Positions 48,663 through 58,876 of a stretch of 64,000 nt of DNA are shown here, piece after piece. A program made the translations under genes and the position numbers. The notes beneath the pieces are model-generated. The model did no database searches. It was not told where the DNA came from and saw only the letters and a list, made by a program, of their open reading frames with translations. This DNA is from a virus (taxonomy: Duplodnaviria; Caudoviricetes): positions 1 to 64,000 of IMG/VR virus record IMGVR_UViG_3300018475_000120. One strand, written 5' to 3'. Within the stretch, counting starts at the first letter, position 1. Each line of letters starts with the position of its first letter.

Positions 48663-51262
48663 ATGAATACTTTTATGAATGGTCTAAAAAATACTACTAA
48701 TTATGGTTATACCGAAAATGGAGCAATCAAGCATAATACTACTAAGTCCGCTCTATTGGATATGTTTGCTATGGGCGCTTCTATGCGTAATCGCAGTGAT
48801 AATGATGTTATTCTGATGTTTAAGAATGCCTATGAGGAAAATCCCGAATATGCTCTGAAGTGCCTATTCTATATCCGTGACATTCGCGGTGGTAAGCTCT
48901 TTGCCTGAGCCACCCTAAGCAGTAATGTTTAGTAAAAACTCTTTGAACCCATGCTAAAGGGGTGTCGGTTTATCCGGCTAACGGTCCAGAAGTAAGTAAT
49001 TACATTATGGGTAAGGGAACCTAAGTCCTAATAGGATACGGCAATACCGTGCTAAGCAACATTTTATCCAACAGAAAAATTTTCTATCTAAATAATCCCA
49101 TTCTTTCACCTTTAAGGTGAAGGGGGTGAATTCTAAAATGGGATTCATTTATAAGATTGAAAATTCAATTAATAATAAAATCTATATTGGTTTAACTAAA
49201 AAGGCTCGCCCGAGTGATAGATTTAGCCAGCACAGGTATTTAGCTCGTCACTTAAAAGAAAATGATAAATCTTTGCTACATAAGGCTATGGCAAAGTATG
49301 GAGTGGATAATTTCACTTTTACTGTCATTGAAGAAGTAGAAAATGAGTTAATGCCTATACGCGAATAGTATTGGATACAAGAATATAATTCGCAGCAACC
49401 TAATGGCTATAATATTACTGAAGGCGGCGAAGGAACGCCAGGTTTTTCTCGTCCTCAAGCTTAGGAAGAGCGTAAAAAACGCAGTATTAGTAATAAACAA
49501 TTCTTCCAAGAACATCCCGAGGTTAGAGAAGTAGTTCGTGAAAGAACTAAACAATTATGGCAAAATGATGAATATAGATAGAAAGTAACTGAAAGCAATA
49601 AACGTTTTTATGCAGAACATCCAGATATGTTTCGTGGCGAAAATAATCCCTTTTATGGGAAGCATCACACAGAAGAAACTATTTAGAAAATTCGTTCTAA
49701 ATCAAAATGCCAAGCTATAGCTCAGTTAAACAAAGATACCTATGAAGTAATTCAAGTATTTGACGGAGTAAAAGCAGCAGAAAAAGCATTAAGCGTTTCT
49801 CATGGCTGGCTTAGCAAAGCCGCACGAGCCGATAAAATTGCTTACGGTTTCCGTTGGAAATTTATTGAAAGTGTAACGACTAATTGTAATTCGGAGATTA
49901 GCACCGAATGAAGTGGAGAGCCCCTATATAGAATAGGGTGAAGAGATAGTCTGCGGAGCTATGAAAATAGCTTTTCAAGTGCAAGGAGAAAGACGCTTCT
50001 TCCGCGTTTGTATGAATTGGCTTGCAAAGAATGATGCTGCCGCCGCAGAGCGTAATATGAAATATATTGCAGAATTTGGTCGTTGGGATGACCTTTATAC
50101 CTTTATTGATACCCCTCTGTCTGCTGAAGCTCTGGAAATTATTAAAAAGCAATTCATTCTTGACCTGTCTTGCGAGACTCCTTCTCTGCTTGCAAAGTGG
50201 ATGAAGAGCGAAAATGCCTCTTCAAAGGAAACCAAGCGTCTTGCGGAAATTACTCGTAAGTATATTGGTCTGTCTCATAAGGAATACCGTAAGGCCCTGT
50301 CTGTTCTACGTAAGCGCATCAATGTTCTTGAGCGTCTGATGTCTGCCGGTAAGTGGGACGAGATTGAGTTCGACAAGATTCCTTCTAAGGCAGGTCTAAT
50401 TTACAAGAATGCCTTTGCTCGTCACGATATTATCAAGGAAAAGTATAAGGCTTTTGCGCAGGATAAGACTACTAAGGTAAATGCGGGCGCTCTGTATCCT
50501 TATGAAGTTGTAGAAAAGGCCCTTCGGTGCCGCTATAGTTTGATGGATAATACTGACCGTCTGATGGTTAATAAGTATTGGGAAAATCTGCCTAATTGGG
50601 TAAAGGATGCGAATTTTAACGGTATTTGTGTTTGCGACACCAGCGGCAGTATGTCAGGAACTCCCATTAACGTGGCAATTTCTCTGTCTCTTTACTGCGC
50701 GGAACGTGCGGGTGGTCCTTTTGCGAACCATTATATCTCTTTTGCATCTCGTCCTCAGTTGATTGAAACTAAGGGTGTGGATTTTGTTGACAAGGTTCGT
50801 CGCATTTATGATACTAATCTTGTTGATAATACCAACATCGAGGCTGTATTTGACTTATTGCTGGATACTGCCATTCAGAATAATTGTTCTCAGGAAGAAA
50901 TTCCTCAGAACGTTGTGATTATTTCTGATATGGAATTTGATGCGGCCGCACATTCTTCCGATATCTATAGTTGGTATCGTAATGCCGCGCCTGCTCCTTC
51001 CTATAATCTTAATCGTAATAATGTTGAAACCGTAATGGAAGGCGTTGCTCATAAGTGGGCACAGCACGGTTATAAGATGCCTCATATTGTATATTGGAAT
51101 TGTGATGCTCGTAATGATAATATTCCTATGATTGGTGAGGGCTTGATTTCTTATGTAAGTGGCTTTAGTCCCTCTATTTTCCAGACTATTCTTACTGGTA
51201 AAACTGGCTATGATTTGATGTTCGAAGCTTTGAATAATGAGCGTTATGCCGTAATTCACTAA
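48663..51262 (+). CDS. DUF2828 (TROVE-like plus vWA) protein, spliced; exons 48663-48893 and 49982-51262
   Basis: Spliced junction RDIRGG|QGERRFF in frame; TENGA, FGRWDDL, CDTSGSM MIDAS, ISDMEFD. Confidence 0.85.
48894..49981 (+). mobile_element. Group I intron
   Basis: 5' exon ends in U with P1 pairing (GGTGGT.. / ..GCCACC); AAGAGATAGTC with ACGACT as P7 partner; terminal G at 49981; removal restores the frame. Confidence 0.85.
49138..49911 (+). CDS. Intron-encoded GIY-YIG homing endonuclease with NUMOD3 motif (four TAG=Gln)
   Basis: GFIYKIEN..NKIYIG; RE*YWI...NGYN..EGG; GENNPFYGKHHTEETI*KI; TAG at 49366, 49462, 49579, 49684. Confidence 0.85.
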
Positions 51263-51360
51263 TATATAACCCGATAGGTTTCCTATCGGGTTTAAAATTG
51301 ACATTTTGAAAATTATAGTATATAATATTTATAGTAAATGAGAAAGGAAGTAGCCTAACG

Positions 51361-51585
51361 ATGAAAGGTTCATTTAACTCAGATATGACTCAATATTACA
51401 TCAAAGGCACGACCTTTGAAGAATTGGACTTTGTTGAAAATGTTTTAGATGATGAACTATTTAAAATGGGATATAGATTTTCACAGTATAGAGCTATTCC
51501 TGTAAAACTGCCGCATATTGAATTCTGTGTTGTTTATGATGTTCCTTTTATTTATTGGTTTTCTTCTAAAAGTTTGACAATTTAA
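51361..51585 (+). CDS. Hypothetical protein
   Basis: Own promoter and RBS. Confidence 0.55.
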   Translation: MKGSFNSDMTQYYIKGTTFEELDFVENVLDDELFKMGYRFSQYRAIPVKLPHIEFCVVYDVPFIYWFSSKSLTI

Positions 51586-51667
51586 AAAATCTAATGTATA
51601 ATATATACATAAGATACGGGAAGCCAACCCATAAAATGCGGCCGACCCGGGCAACGTTCCCGGACAA

Positions 51668-51747
51668 GGGAAGATGGCGAAAATGGTATACGCGCCGCAA
51701 AGTCGGAGTAAGCGGTTTTATAGGTTCGAATCCTATTCTTCTCACCA
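51668..51747 (+). tRNA. Atypical tRNA-like RNA with 13-nt anticodon loop
   Basis: GGGAAGA/TCTTCTC acceptor, GCG/CGC D stem, CCGC-AAAGTCGGAGTAA-GCGG, ATAGG-TTCGAAT-CCTAT, ACCA. Confidence 0.7.
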
Positions 51748-51769
51748 TATTGTAATAAGGAGTAAAAAA

Positions 51770-51940
51770 ATGAGTAAATATATTATTGGTATTTTAATGG
51801 GGATTCTCTTGACTTTAATAGTTGTTTCTACTATTTATCCCAGTATTTATACAGATATGCAAACTGGTAATTTTTGGCAAGATGTTGCTAATGTAATTAA
51901 TAATTGGATTACTACTATAAGAGAGGCGGGTGCGCAGTAA
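51770..51940 (+). CDS. Small membrane protein
   Basis: AGGAG RBS; N-terminal TM helix. Confidence 0.6.
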   Translation: MSKYIIGILMGILLTLIVVSTIYPSIYTDMQTGNFWQDVANVINNWITTIREAGAQ

Positions 51941-52092
51941 TGGCTAATAAAAAGCCCAAAACTAATATTGAAATTATTCAATCTATGCGTAATGATTGGG
52001 GCGACATAAAGCCTTATACTCGTATCCACGAAAGTAAGAAATATAAGCGGCCTAAGCATAAGAAACGAGAGGAAGAACGAGATTATGAGTAA
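51940..52092 (+). CDS. Small basic protein
   Basis: RNDWGDIKPYTRIHESKKYKRPKHK. Confidence 0.6.
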   Translation: MANKKPKTNIEIIQSMRNDWGDIKPYTRIHESKKYKRPKHKKREEERDYE

Positions 52093-52485
52093 GTTTGATA
52101 AAATTTGTGACCGAATCCAAAAGACGGCTTCATTGTGTTATCTGTTTTTCATGGCTACTTATAGTTTTAGTATTTTCTCTCAAAACCCCGATAACTGGTT
52201 CCCATTTATTATTGGTAGTGTGCACGCTTTAGCTTTGTCTTTCATTATGGTAATAAAGTGGGAGAAATAAAGTGAAAGAATATATCATTGTAGGCAATAC
52301 TACACAATATCAAAATTGTCTTATTGCCGTTTGTGGCGTAAGTAAAGCATACGCAAATGATTGTCTAAAACAATATCAAATTAATCCTGAGTATAAAGAT
52401 TATACTAATATTCATATCGAAGAAACCGACATTAATGATTCGTGGTGGAAATATGAATACGACTAAAGAAAGGAAGTAAAATAAA

Positions 52486-52932
52486 ATGACTATTGAAACT
52501 CTCCAGTCCGAAATGATTACCGCAATGAAGAGCGGCAATAAAAACCGTAAGACCGCAATTTCTGGCTATATCGCTGCCATTAAAAAGGCGGCAATTGATA
52601 AGGGTTGTCGCGACAATATTGATGAAAAGTTTGTAAATACCGAACTTATTAAGATTCAGAAGTCTGTAAAGGAACAGGTAGATACTTGCCCCGCTTCTCG
52701 TGCTGACCTACTGGAAAAGTATAAAGCCGAACTTGAAATTATTAATGAGTTTGCTCCTGCACTTATTAGTAATCCTAATCGTATTGCGGAAATTCTACGA
52801 GATGAGTATGAAGGCCCTGTTGATAAGAAAAATCTTATGAAGTTCCTTAATACGAATTTCCGCGGCCACATGGATATGAGTGTTGCCGCGAAAGTTGTGG
52901 ATGTTTATATTAGTGAGGTTAAGGAAGTATGA
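52486..52932 (+). CDS. GatB/YqeY domain protein
   Basis: LQSEMITAMKSG...AAIKKAAID...ELEIINEFAP...DMSVAAKVV. Confidence 0.8.
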   Translation: MTIETLQSEMITAMKSGNKNRKTAISGYIAAIKKAAIDKGCRDNIDEKFVNTELIKIQKSVKEQVDTCPASRADLLEKYKAELEIINEFAPALISNPNRIAEILRDEYEGPVDKKNLMKFLNTNFRGHMDMSVAAKVVDVYISEVKEV

Positions 52933-53276
52933 TGGAAGGTATTGAGATTCTTTCTATTGGAGAAATTGGCGTTAATCCAGTATTTAATTGGACCGCCGCG
53001 ATCATTGGTGGAGTATTAATTGGGTTAATTGCGGCGTTCTTTATTGGTTTGAGTGAAGACAGTCTAGATCTTTTTATTATAATGTTTATCCTTTGTACGC
53101 CCCTTTTTTTAGCTATATGCGGCTTTAGTATTGAGAAATATGCCGATACAGCTCCAACTTATAAGGTTGTTATTGGCGATACAGTTAGCCTTAATGAGTT
53201 TTATGATAGATATGAAGTTTTGGAACAAGATGGTAAGATTTTTACAATAATGGAGAGGATGCCAGATGCAGATTAA
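52929..53276 (+). CDS. Membrane protein
   Basis: Two TM segments; YKVVI..VSLNEFYDRYEVLEQDGKIF. Confidence 0.65.
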   Translation: MMEGIEILSIGEIGVNPVFNWTAAIIGGVLIGLIAAFFIGLSEDSLDLFIIMFILCTPLFLAICGFSIEKYADTAPTYKVVIGDTVSLNEFYDRYEVLEQDGKIFTIMERMPDAD

Positions 53277-53535
53277 AACTTTTACTAAAGATACTGCATC
53301 CTTAGAAGAAATTGAACTTTTAAATAAAGTCATTGCTTATTCTATCGCAAATGGCGGCGATAGTGGTGGCCCGTATTTTAGTTGTGAGAATGATTTATAT
53401 CAAATATTAAATGATTATCTTTGGTATCGTAATTGGCAAGATGGCTTTATTATAAGACCTCAAGATGTGACTCTCACGCATAATAACTATAAAGTTATTT
53501 ATTTTAATGTTCCTCAAATTGTAGGAATTGAATAA
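53266..53535 (+). CDS. Hypothetical protein
   Basis: GGDSGGPY motif; operon context. Confidence 0.6.
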   Translation: MQIKTFTKDTASLEEIELLNKVIAYSIANGGDSGGPYFSCENDLYQILNDYLWYRNWQDGFIIRPQDVTLTHNNYKVIYFNVPQIVGIE

Positions 53536-53553
53536 AAGAAAGGAATAAGAATT

Positions 53554-55029
53554 ATGGCATATTGTGGTTATATTACTCGTCTAAAGAATGTGCGTAAGCA
53601 TTCTAATGCTGACCGTCTGCTTCTTGCGGATTGTTTTGGTAATACTGTAATTGTATCTTTAGATTATGTTGAAAATCAGTTGGGTGTCTACTTTCCTTGT
53701 GATTTGCAGCTATCCGAAGAGTTCTGCGCCGCCAACGACCTTGTTCGTCGTAAGGACGAAAATGGTAATCCCGCTGGTGGTTATCTTGACCCTGATAAGC
53801 GAAACATCAAGGCTATGAAGCTTCGCGGCGAAAAGTCTGATGGTCTGTTCTTGCCGCTTACTTCTCTGGCGAACTTTACTACTATTTCTGACCTAAAGGA
53901 AGGCGACACCATTACTATTTTGAATGGTGTAGAGATTTGTAAGAAGTATATTCCTAAGGTTAAGAATCGCGGAGAATGGCATGGTGGCTCCAGGGGCCGC
54001 AAGACCAAGGTAAATTTTGCCCCTACCTTCGCACAGCACGTAGATACCGAGCAGTTGGCTTATCATTTAAATGATTTCCGTGCGGGTGATGTAGTTGAAC
54101 TTACTTTGAAGATGCATGGCACCTCTGGCCGCACTGGCTACTTGCCGCTTATTAAAGGCTATGCTGACTCTTTTGGTTGCACCGCAGGCAACATTATTCG
54201 TAAGATTTCTGCTCGTCTATTGAAGCGGCCCATTCCTGAACTTCATCACGATGGTAAGCCTATTTATGAATATGGCTATGTGACTGGCACTCGTCGTGTT
54301 GTGCTTGATGAAAAGCACGATGGTGGTTTCTATGATGATAATCAGTTCCGCCTTGAAATGGCTAAGAAGTTTGAAGGTAAGCTTCATAAGGGCGAGACTG
54401 TTTATTACGAGATTGTTGGTTTCGTAAATGAAAATACTCCTATTATGGCATCTGTGAAGAACTCTAAGATTAAGGATAAAGAGTTCTCTAAGATGTATGG
54501 TGAAGAAACTGTATTCTCTTATGGTTGCGACCCTCAGGGTCGTTGGGAAGAGGTGCGTTATACTGTTCCGGCCGATGAACCTGGCGATGATGGTATTCTT
54601 CCTCCCAAGTGCGAAGTTTATATTTATCGTATGACTATGTCTAATGACGAAGGCGATGTTGTTGAAATGTCTCCCGAACAGATGCGTCTGCGTTGCGACC
54701 AGATGGGCGTAAAGTATGTGCCGGTATTTGAGAAGTTTATGATTCCGGACATGGGTGTAGATGTTGATAAGGATGGTATCGCGGACGCTCATGTTATCTC
54801 TCCTGGCGAATATGTTCTGCGTAAGGTGGAGCAGTATTTTGATGGTCCCGATCCTATTGGTAAGACTCATATCCGCGAAGGCGTTGTAGCGAGAATTGTA
54901 AATCGTCCTACCATTGCGGTATACAAACACAAGAACTTTAACTTCAAAATTCTCGAAGGAATTATTAAAGATGAAGCTTCCGCTCCTGATATGGAAGAAG
55001 CTCAGGATGTTATTAACGAAGGAGTATAA
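53554..55029 (+). CDS. ATP-dependent RNA ligase (DRB0094/Rnl2-like family)
   Basis: N-terminal HSNADRL...KLRGEKSDGL OB module; motif I TLKMHGTS; YEIVG; REGVV; KHKN. Confidence 0.85.
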   Translation: MAYCGYITRLKNVRKHSNADRLLLADCFGNTVIVSLDYVENQLGVYFPCDLQLSEEFCAANDLVRRKDENGNPAGGYLDPDKRNIKAMKLRGEKSDGLFLPLTSLANFTTISDLKEGDTITILNGVEICKKYIPKVKNRGEWHGGSRGRKTKVNFAPTFAQHVDTEQLAYHLNDFRAGDVVELTLKMHGTSGRTGYLPLIKGYADSFGCTAGNIIRKISARLLKRPIPELHHDGKPIYEYGYVTGTRRVVLDEKHDGGFYDDNQFRLEMAKKFEGKLHKGETVYYEIVGFVNENTPIMASVKNSKIKDKEFSKMYGEETVFSYGCDPQGRWEEVRYTVPADEPGDDGILPPKCEVYIYRMTMSNDEGDVVEMSPEQMRLRCDQMGVKYVPVFEKFMIPDMGVDVDKDGIADAHVISPGEYVLRKVEQYFDGPDPIGKTHIREGVVARIVNRPTIAVYKHKNFNFKILEGIIKDEASAPDMEEAQDVINEGV

Positions 55030-55034
55030 AAATA

Positions 55035-55547
55035 ATGAAGAAAGTGATTAAAATTGCTATTATTGCAATTGTTGCTGTTATACTTTTTGCCGGTATCCCG
55101 ACTTTTATTTTCACCGGCATGGTTCTTGACAATCTTAGCACTGAACTTAATGCCACTCCCGCGCCGGTAATGGCACATTCTTTAAATGAAATGGTTACTT
55201 TACCTAACCATAAAGTCTCTATCAGTAATCCTGCGGCCGCCGCGATTAATGAATATATGCATGTCCCCGAGGGCATTGAAGTTATTGAAATTCCTTTAAC
55301 CATTTATAATACTGATACTAATGAAATGTATGTAGCCGCATCTTCCTTTAAACTTTATAAAAATAATATGCTATGCGAAGATTATATTTACGGTGAAAAA
55401 TGGTTTATGGGTGAGACTGTAGGCGGTGGCCGCGCTTTTCAGGGATACTTATACTATCAGGTTCCTGTGAGCACTGGTGATAGTGTGCTTGAACTGGAAT
55501 ATATTTATGATTATCACGGTTCAAAGGTAATTTTTAAGATTAACTAA
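55035..55547 (+). CDS. DUF4352-like membrane-anchored protein
   Basis: N-terminal TM; LTIYN...FKLY...GYLYYQVP. Confidence 0.65.
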   Translation: MKKVIKIAIIAIVAVILFAGIPTFIFTGMVLDNLSTELNATPAPVMAHSLNEMVTLPNHKVSISNPAAAAINEYMHVPEGIEVIEIPLTIYNTDTNEMYVAASSFKLYKNNMLCEDYIYGEKWFMGETVGGGRAFQGYLYYQVPVSTGDSVLELEYIYDYHGSKVIFKIN

Positions 55548-55588
55548 TTCTATTGGAGGCGGAGTAGTCCGCCTCCTAAGGAGATTTT

Positions 55589-55915
55589 ATGGAGCCATTA
55601 TATAAATTTCTAAAGTTATTAGATGACCATATTGGCAATTGGATTGCTGATGATGATGAAATGGATAACGCTTTACTTCATCACCACGACCATGTTTGTT
55701 GGCTAAATCCTACTGAGACTCTTCACTCTCGCCACACTCGTAGAATGTGTAAGAAATTTTGTAAAAGAAACAATGTGCCCAAAAATCCGGATTATCCTAA
55801 AGAATACGATTGCGATAATTGTTCTAACTTAATTATTCGTTATAAGTATAAAAATGATTTTATCGCTGCCTTTGGTAATTCTTATTTATATAAAAAGGAA
55901 GGTAAAATGGAATGA
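55589..55915 (+). CDS. Hypothetical protein
   Basis: GGAG RBS. Confidence 0.6.
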   Translation: MEPLYKFLKLLDDHIGNWIADDDEMDNALLHHHDHVCWLNPTETLHSRHTRRMCKKFCKRNNVPKNPDYPKEYDCDNCSNLIIRYKYKNDFIAAFGNSYLYKKEGKME

Positions 55916-56322
55916 AAAACTACCTCAATGTAAGCCATTTTCATGCTTCCGGCAAGGACGCCAAACGCCGCAAAAAGAAGTGGAAACGTCAACGTATTAG
56001 TCGCGGCTTTTCTGATTGGGATTGTTGGGATTTGGATTATTTTTTGTGTAATTTGTTGGCAACGTCTTTGAGGCACTATGCTATGCATACGATTGGTTAT
56101 AGTTCAGCAGTTGCTTCCACTTTTGAGGAGTATCAAGAACGCATTCTTCGTCTTGCCGATATGTTTGAAGAGATGGCTAATTGGGAAGAAACTCATAATC
56201 CTACCGAGGAAGATATTGAAAATGGGTTTAATTGGTATAAAGAAAATAGTGAGCAATTGGACGCTCTTACTAAAAAGGCTTTTGCGGAAATGGCAGAAGT
56301 ATTTTGGAGCCTATGGGATTAA
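55912..56322 (+). CDS. Conserved phage hypothetical protein
   Basis: RGFSDWDCWDLD...FWSLWD. Confidence 0.75.
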   Translation: MKNYLNVSHFHASGKDAKRRKKKWKRQRISRGFSDWDCWDLDYFLCNLLATSLRHYAMHTIGYSSAVASTFEEYQERILRLADMFEEMANWEETHNPTEEDIENGFNWYKENSEQLDALTKKAFAEMAEVFWSLWD

Positions 56323-56395
56323 ATCGCATAGGCTTTTTAATTTGACAAAAATAAAATTTTATTATATAATGTATATAGAAAGTGAGGCAATAACT

Positions 56396-57139
56396 ATGAC
56401 TAATGAAGAACTTACTAAAACCGTAGAACAGCATACTCTATTTGCCGCAGAACAGTCTGACCGTGTTCCGTTATTTGGCGCGCTTTATGGTTCCCAGAAT
56501 TATGGCCTCGCTACTCCGGAATCTGACGTAGATACTAAGGTTTGGTTAATGCCGTCTTTTCACGATCTTTATACCGCGGCCAAGCCTTATTCTAAAGAGC
56601 TTCATCTTGGTGATGCCCACGTAGAAGGTAAAAACTATCGCCTAATGGTGGGAGAACTCAAAAAGCAAAATATGAATTTCCTTGAAACTATCTTTACTCC
56701 CTACTATTGGTGCGGCGATACCTATAAGGCCGAATTTGACTATCTTCGTAATAATAGAGAATTAGTGGCTCGTTATGACGTAAATCGCGGAGCACACGCT
56801 TTTATGGGGCATATGTATAATATGTATAATCGTTTTAAGCGTGATGAAAAACCCAAGCAAGTTGCGCATCTGATGCGGCTTTATGATTGCTTACAGCGTT
56901 ATGCTTTGACTGACGAACCATATGAAGATTTACTGTTTCATCCTAATTCTCTTGAATACCTAATGGCGGTCCGCCGCGGTGAAGTGCCTGTAGAAGAATT
57001 GCGGGATATGGCAGAAACCTATATGGGACTTGCTGATAATCTTATCAAAGAAATGCCGCAGTATGAAGTTAATAAGGACGCGGAAAATGTATTTGATATT
57101 TTTGGTAAAGCAATGCTGATGAAAAAGTTTGGAGTTTAA
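56396..57139 (+). CDS. Pol-beta-type nucleotidyltransferase
   Basis: YGSQNYGLATPESDVD motif; start MTNEEL after own promoter. Confidence 0.85.
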   Translation: MTNEELTKTVEQHTLFAAEQSDRVPLFGALYGSQNYGLATPESDVDTKVWLMPSFHDLYTAAKPYSKELHLGDAHVEGKNYRLMVGELKKQNMNFLETIFTPYYWCGDTYKAEFDYLRNNRELVARYDVNRGAHAFMGHMYNMYNRFKRDEKPKQVAHLMRLYDCLQRYALTDEPYEDLLFHPNSLEYLMAVRRGEVPVEELRDMAETYMGLADNLIKEMPQYEVNKDAENVFDIFGKAMLMKKFGV

Positions 57140-57140
57140 T

Positions 57141-57464
57141 ATGTATTGGTTTAAAGAGCGTTCTTATAAAACACTAGAGAGTGCTATCGCTGCTTATGAA
57201 GAATACAAAAAGAACGAACAAATTTTGAATGGTGAAGGATTGACGCCTTTTCCCAGAAATCTAAATTTTCATAATCACTATAAGGAAGTAGTTCCAGGCG
57301 TTATTGAAGAAGTATCAGCCTATGATACTTTGGGTAATAAAATTGCCACCTGGACCGCCTATAAATCAACCGCGGCAAAAGATAATAAAAATATAACCAA
57401 TTGCCGCAATTGCGGTGCGCCAGTATATGGATACCGGTGCGAGTATTGTGATACTCATTATTAA
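57141..57464 (+). CDS. Hypothetical protein with C-terminal zinc finger
   Basis: NCRNCGAP....CEYCDT. Confidence 0.65.
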   Translation: MYWFKERSYKTLESAIAAYEEYKKNEQILNGEGLTPFPRNLNFHNHYKEVVPGVIEEVSAYDTLGNKIATWTAYKSTAAKDNKNITNCRNCGAPVYGYRCEYCDTHY

Positions 57465-57742
57465 GATTTGACATTTATAAAATTTTAGTATATAATATAT
57501 ACATAAGATAAAGAAAGGAAGTAATCTACTATGAGCAAGCCCGCCAACGAGTATCAATTTTTCTTTCCTCTCAAAAAGCGGTGCTTTTTGCTTAGAATTT
57601 GGGACTGGATTGAAGAAAAGGCGTTTTATCCTTGTCTTTTCACGGGAGCCTTCCTGTTTGGTTCTTTAATTATGTTTTTAACTTGTAAATTTTTCTAAAG
57701 AAAGGAAGTAATTTACTACGCGACGAAAGGGGATTGAGATTA

Positions 57743-57952
57743 GTGAAAACTAAAATTGTAATTGAATTAGATAATTGTCTCAGATGCCCTTATTGTAAAT
57801 ATCGTAATATTAATACAGAAGTGGCTTATGATTATGTTTGTCTTAAAGCCAAAAAAGAAATTGCTTCTTATGTAGAGGATAGAAACGAATTTCCTGAAGA
57901 AGTTCCTGTATGATGTCCATGTAGATTGGAGAAATGGATGGAAGGAGATTAA
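57743..57952 (+). pseudogene. Small Cys-rich gene with in-frame TGA
   Basis: VKTKIVIELDNCLRCPYC...EVPV*CPCRL; TGA at 57911. Confidence 0.45.
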
Positions 57953-58107
57953 ATAAATGAAAGTCAAAGTTGAATTTGAATGTGAAATCTTCCCCGACGG
58001 CACTACGCCTTGGTTTTTTATCTATGATGCTCTTAAACACTGCGGTGTAGAGTATGCAGAAACTCTTAAAGTATATGACGCAGAAACAGGAAAGGAACTC
58101 TAATGAT

Positions 58108-58395
58108 ATGAAAAAGAAAATTGCTTTGATTTTGGTTCTTTGCACTATGGCTCTTATGTTGTGTAGTTGTTCTTCTTCTTATGAGGAAGCAAATACTAAT
58201 CCCGATAATCATTTTAGTAAAGGTTATTTTACCGTTATTAAATCTTGGGATGGCGGCGTTGATTATCCCACTGAACGTATTGTTTATGCCAATGACACTA
58301 AAGTAATGTATTACGTTTTTCGTAGTAATTATACCGGCGGTATGACCCCTCTCTATAACGCCGATGGCACTTTACAGATTTATGAAGGAGACTAA
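58108..58395 (+). CDS. Lipoprotein (DUF6440-like)
   Basis: MKKKIALIL...LCSC lipobox; DTKVMYY...GGMTPLYNADG. Confidence 0.75.
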   Translation: MKKKIALILVLCTMALMLCSCSSSYEEANTNPDNHFSKGYFTVIKSWDGGVDYPTERIVYANDTKVMYYVFRSNYTGGMTPLYNADGTLQIYEGD

Positions 58396-58601
58396 CTATG
58401 CGGTGGAATACTGTTGAAAAGCCTAAGCCTAAAGAACCTTATATTATTGAAAAATTTGCTCTTTTTCCGATTTGTATTAATAATGAATGCCGTTGGCTTG
58501 AACGAGTAAAAATTCAAGCGCACTACTGGATTGGTGGATTTAGCGGGACTAAATATGTAGAATACGATAAGTTTATTGATGATTAAAAAGGATGGTATAA
58601 A

Positions 58602-58874
58602 ATGAAGGCTATCTATCAATGTGATTGGTGCGGCAAACGTGATACAGAAGAAGAAATTCGTTGCCATGAACCGCTTTGCACTTACAACAAGGAATTACGT
58701 TCATGCTATACTTGTAAGAATCAAAAAGGATTTACAAAGTTAGAATGCTCCATCAAGGAAATTCCTGAAGGAAAATATATTTCTTTTTGCCCTCTGTGGG
58801 AGGATAATGGTAAAGACATGACTAAACCCGGCGGTTTTGAGGATATTTTTAATGGATTGTTTGGAGGTAAATAA
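58602..58874 (+). CDS. Cys-rich zinc-binding protein
   Basis: YQCDWCGK...HE..C...SCYTC. Confidence 0.65.
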   Translation: MKAIYQCDWCGKRDTEEEIRCHEPLCTYNKELRSCYTCKNQKGFTKLECSIKEIPEGKYISFCPLWEDNGKDMTKPGGFEDIFNGLFGGK

Positions 58875-58876
58875 TT

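Noticed and set aside
49961-49981. Independent start for the 433-aa ORF
   Set aside because: This ATG lies in the intron's terminal hairpin; the ORF is exon 2 of the gene starting at 48663
56078-56395. N-terminal extension of the nucleotidyltransferase in the ORF track
   Set aside because: Overlaps gene 55912-56322 and a promoter; the RBS supports a start at 56396
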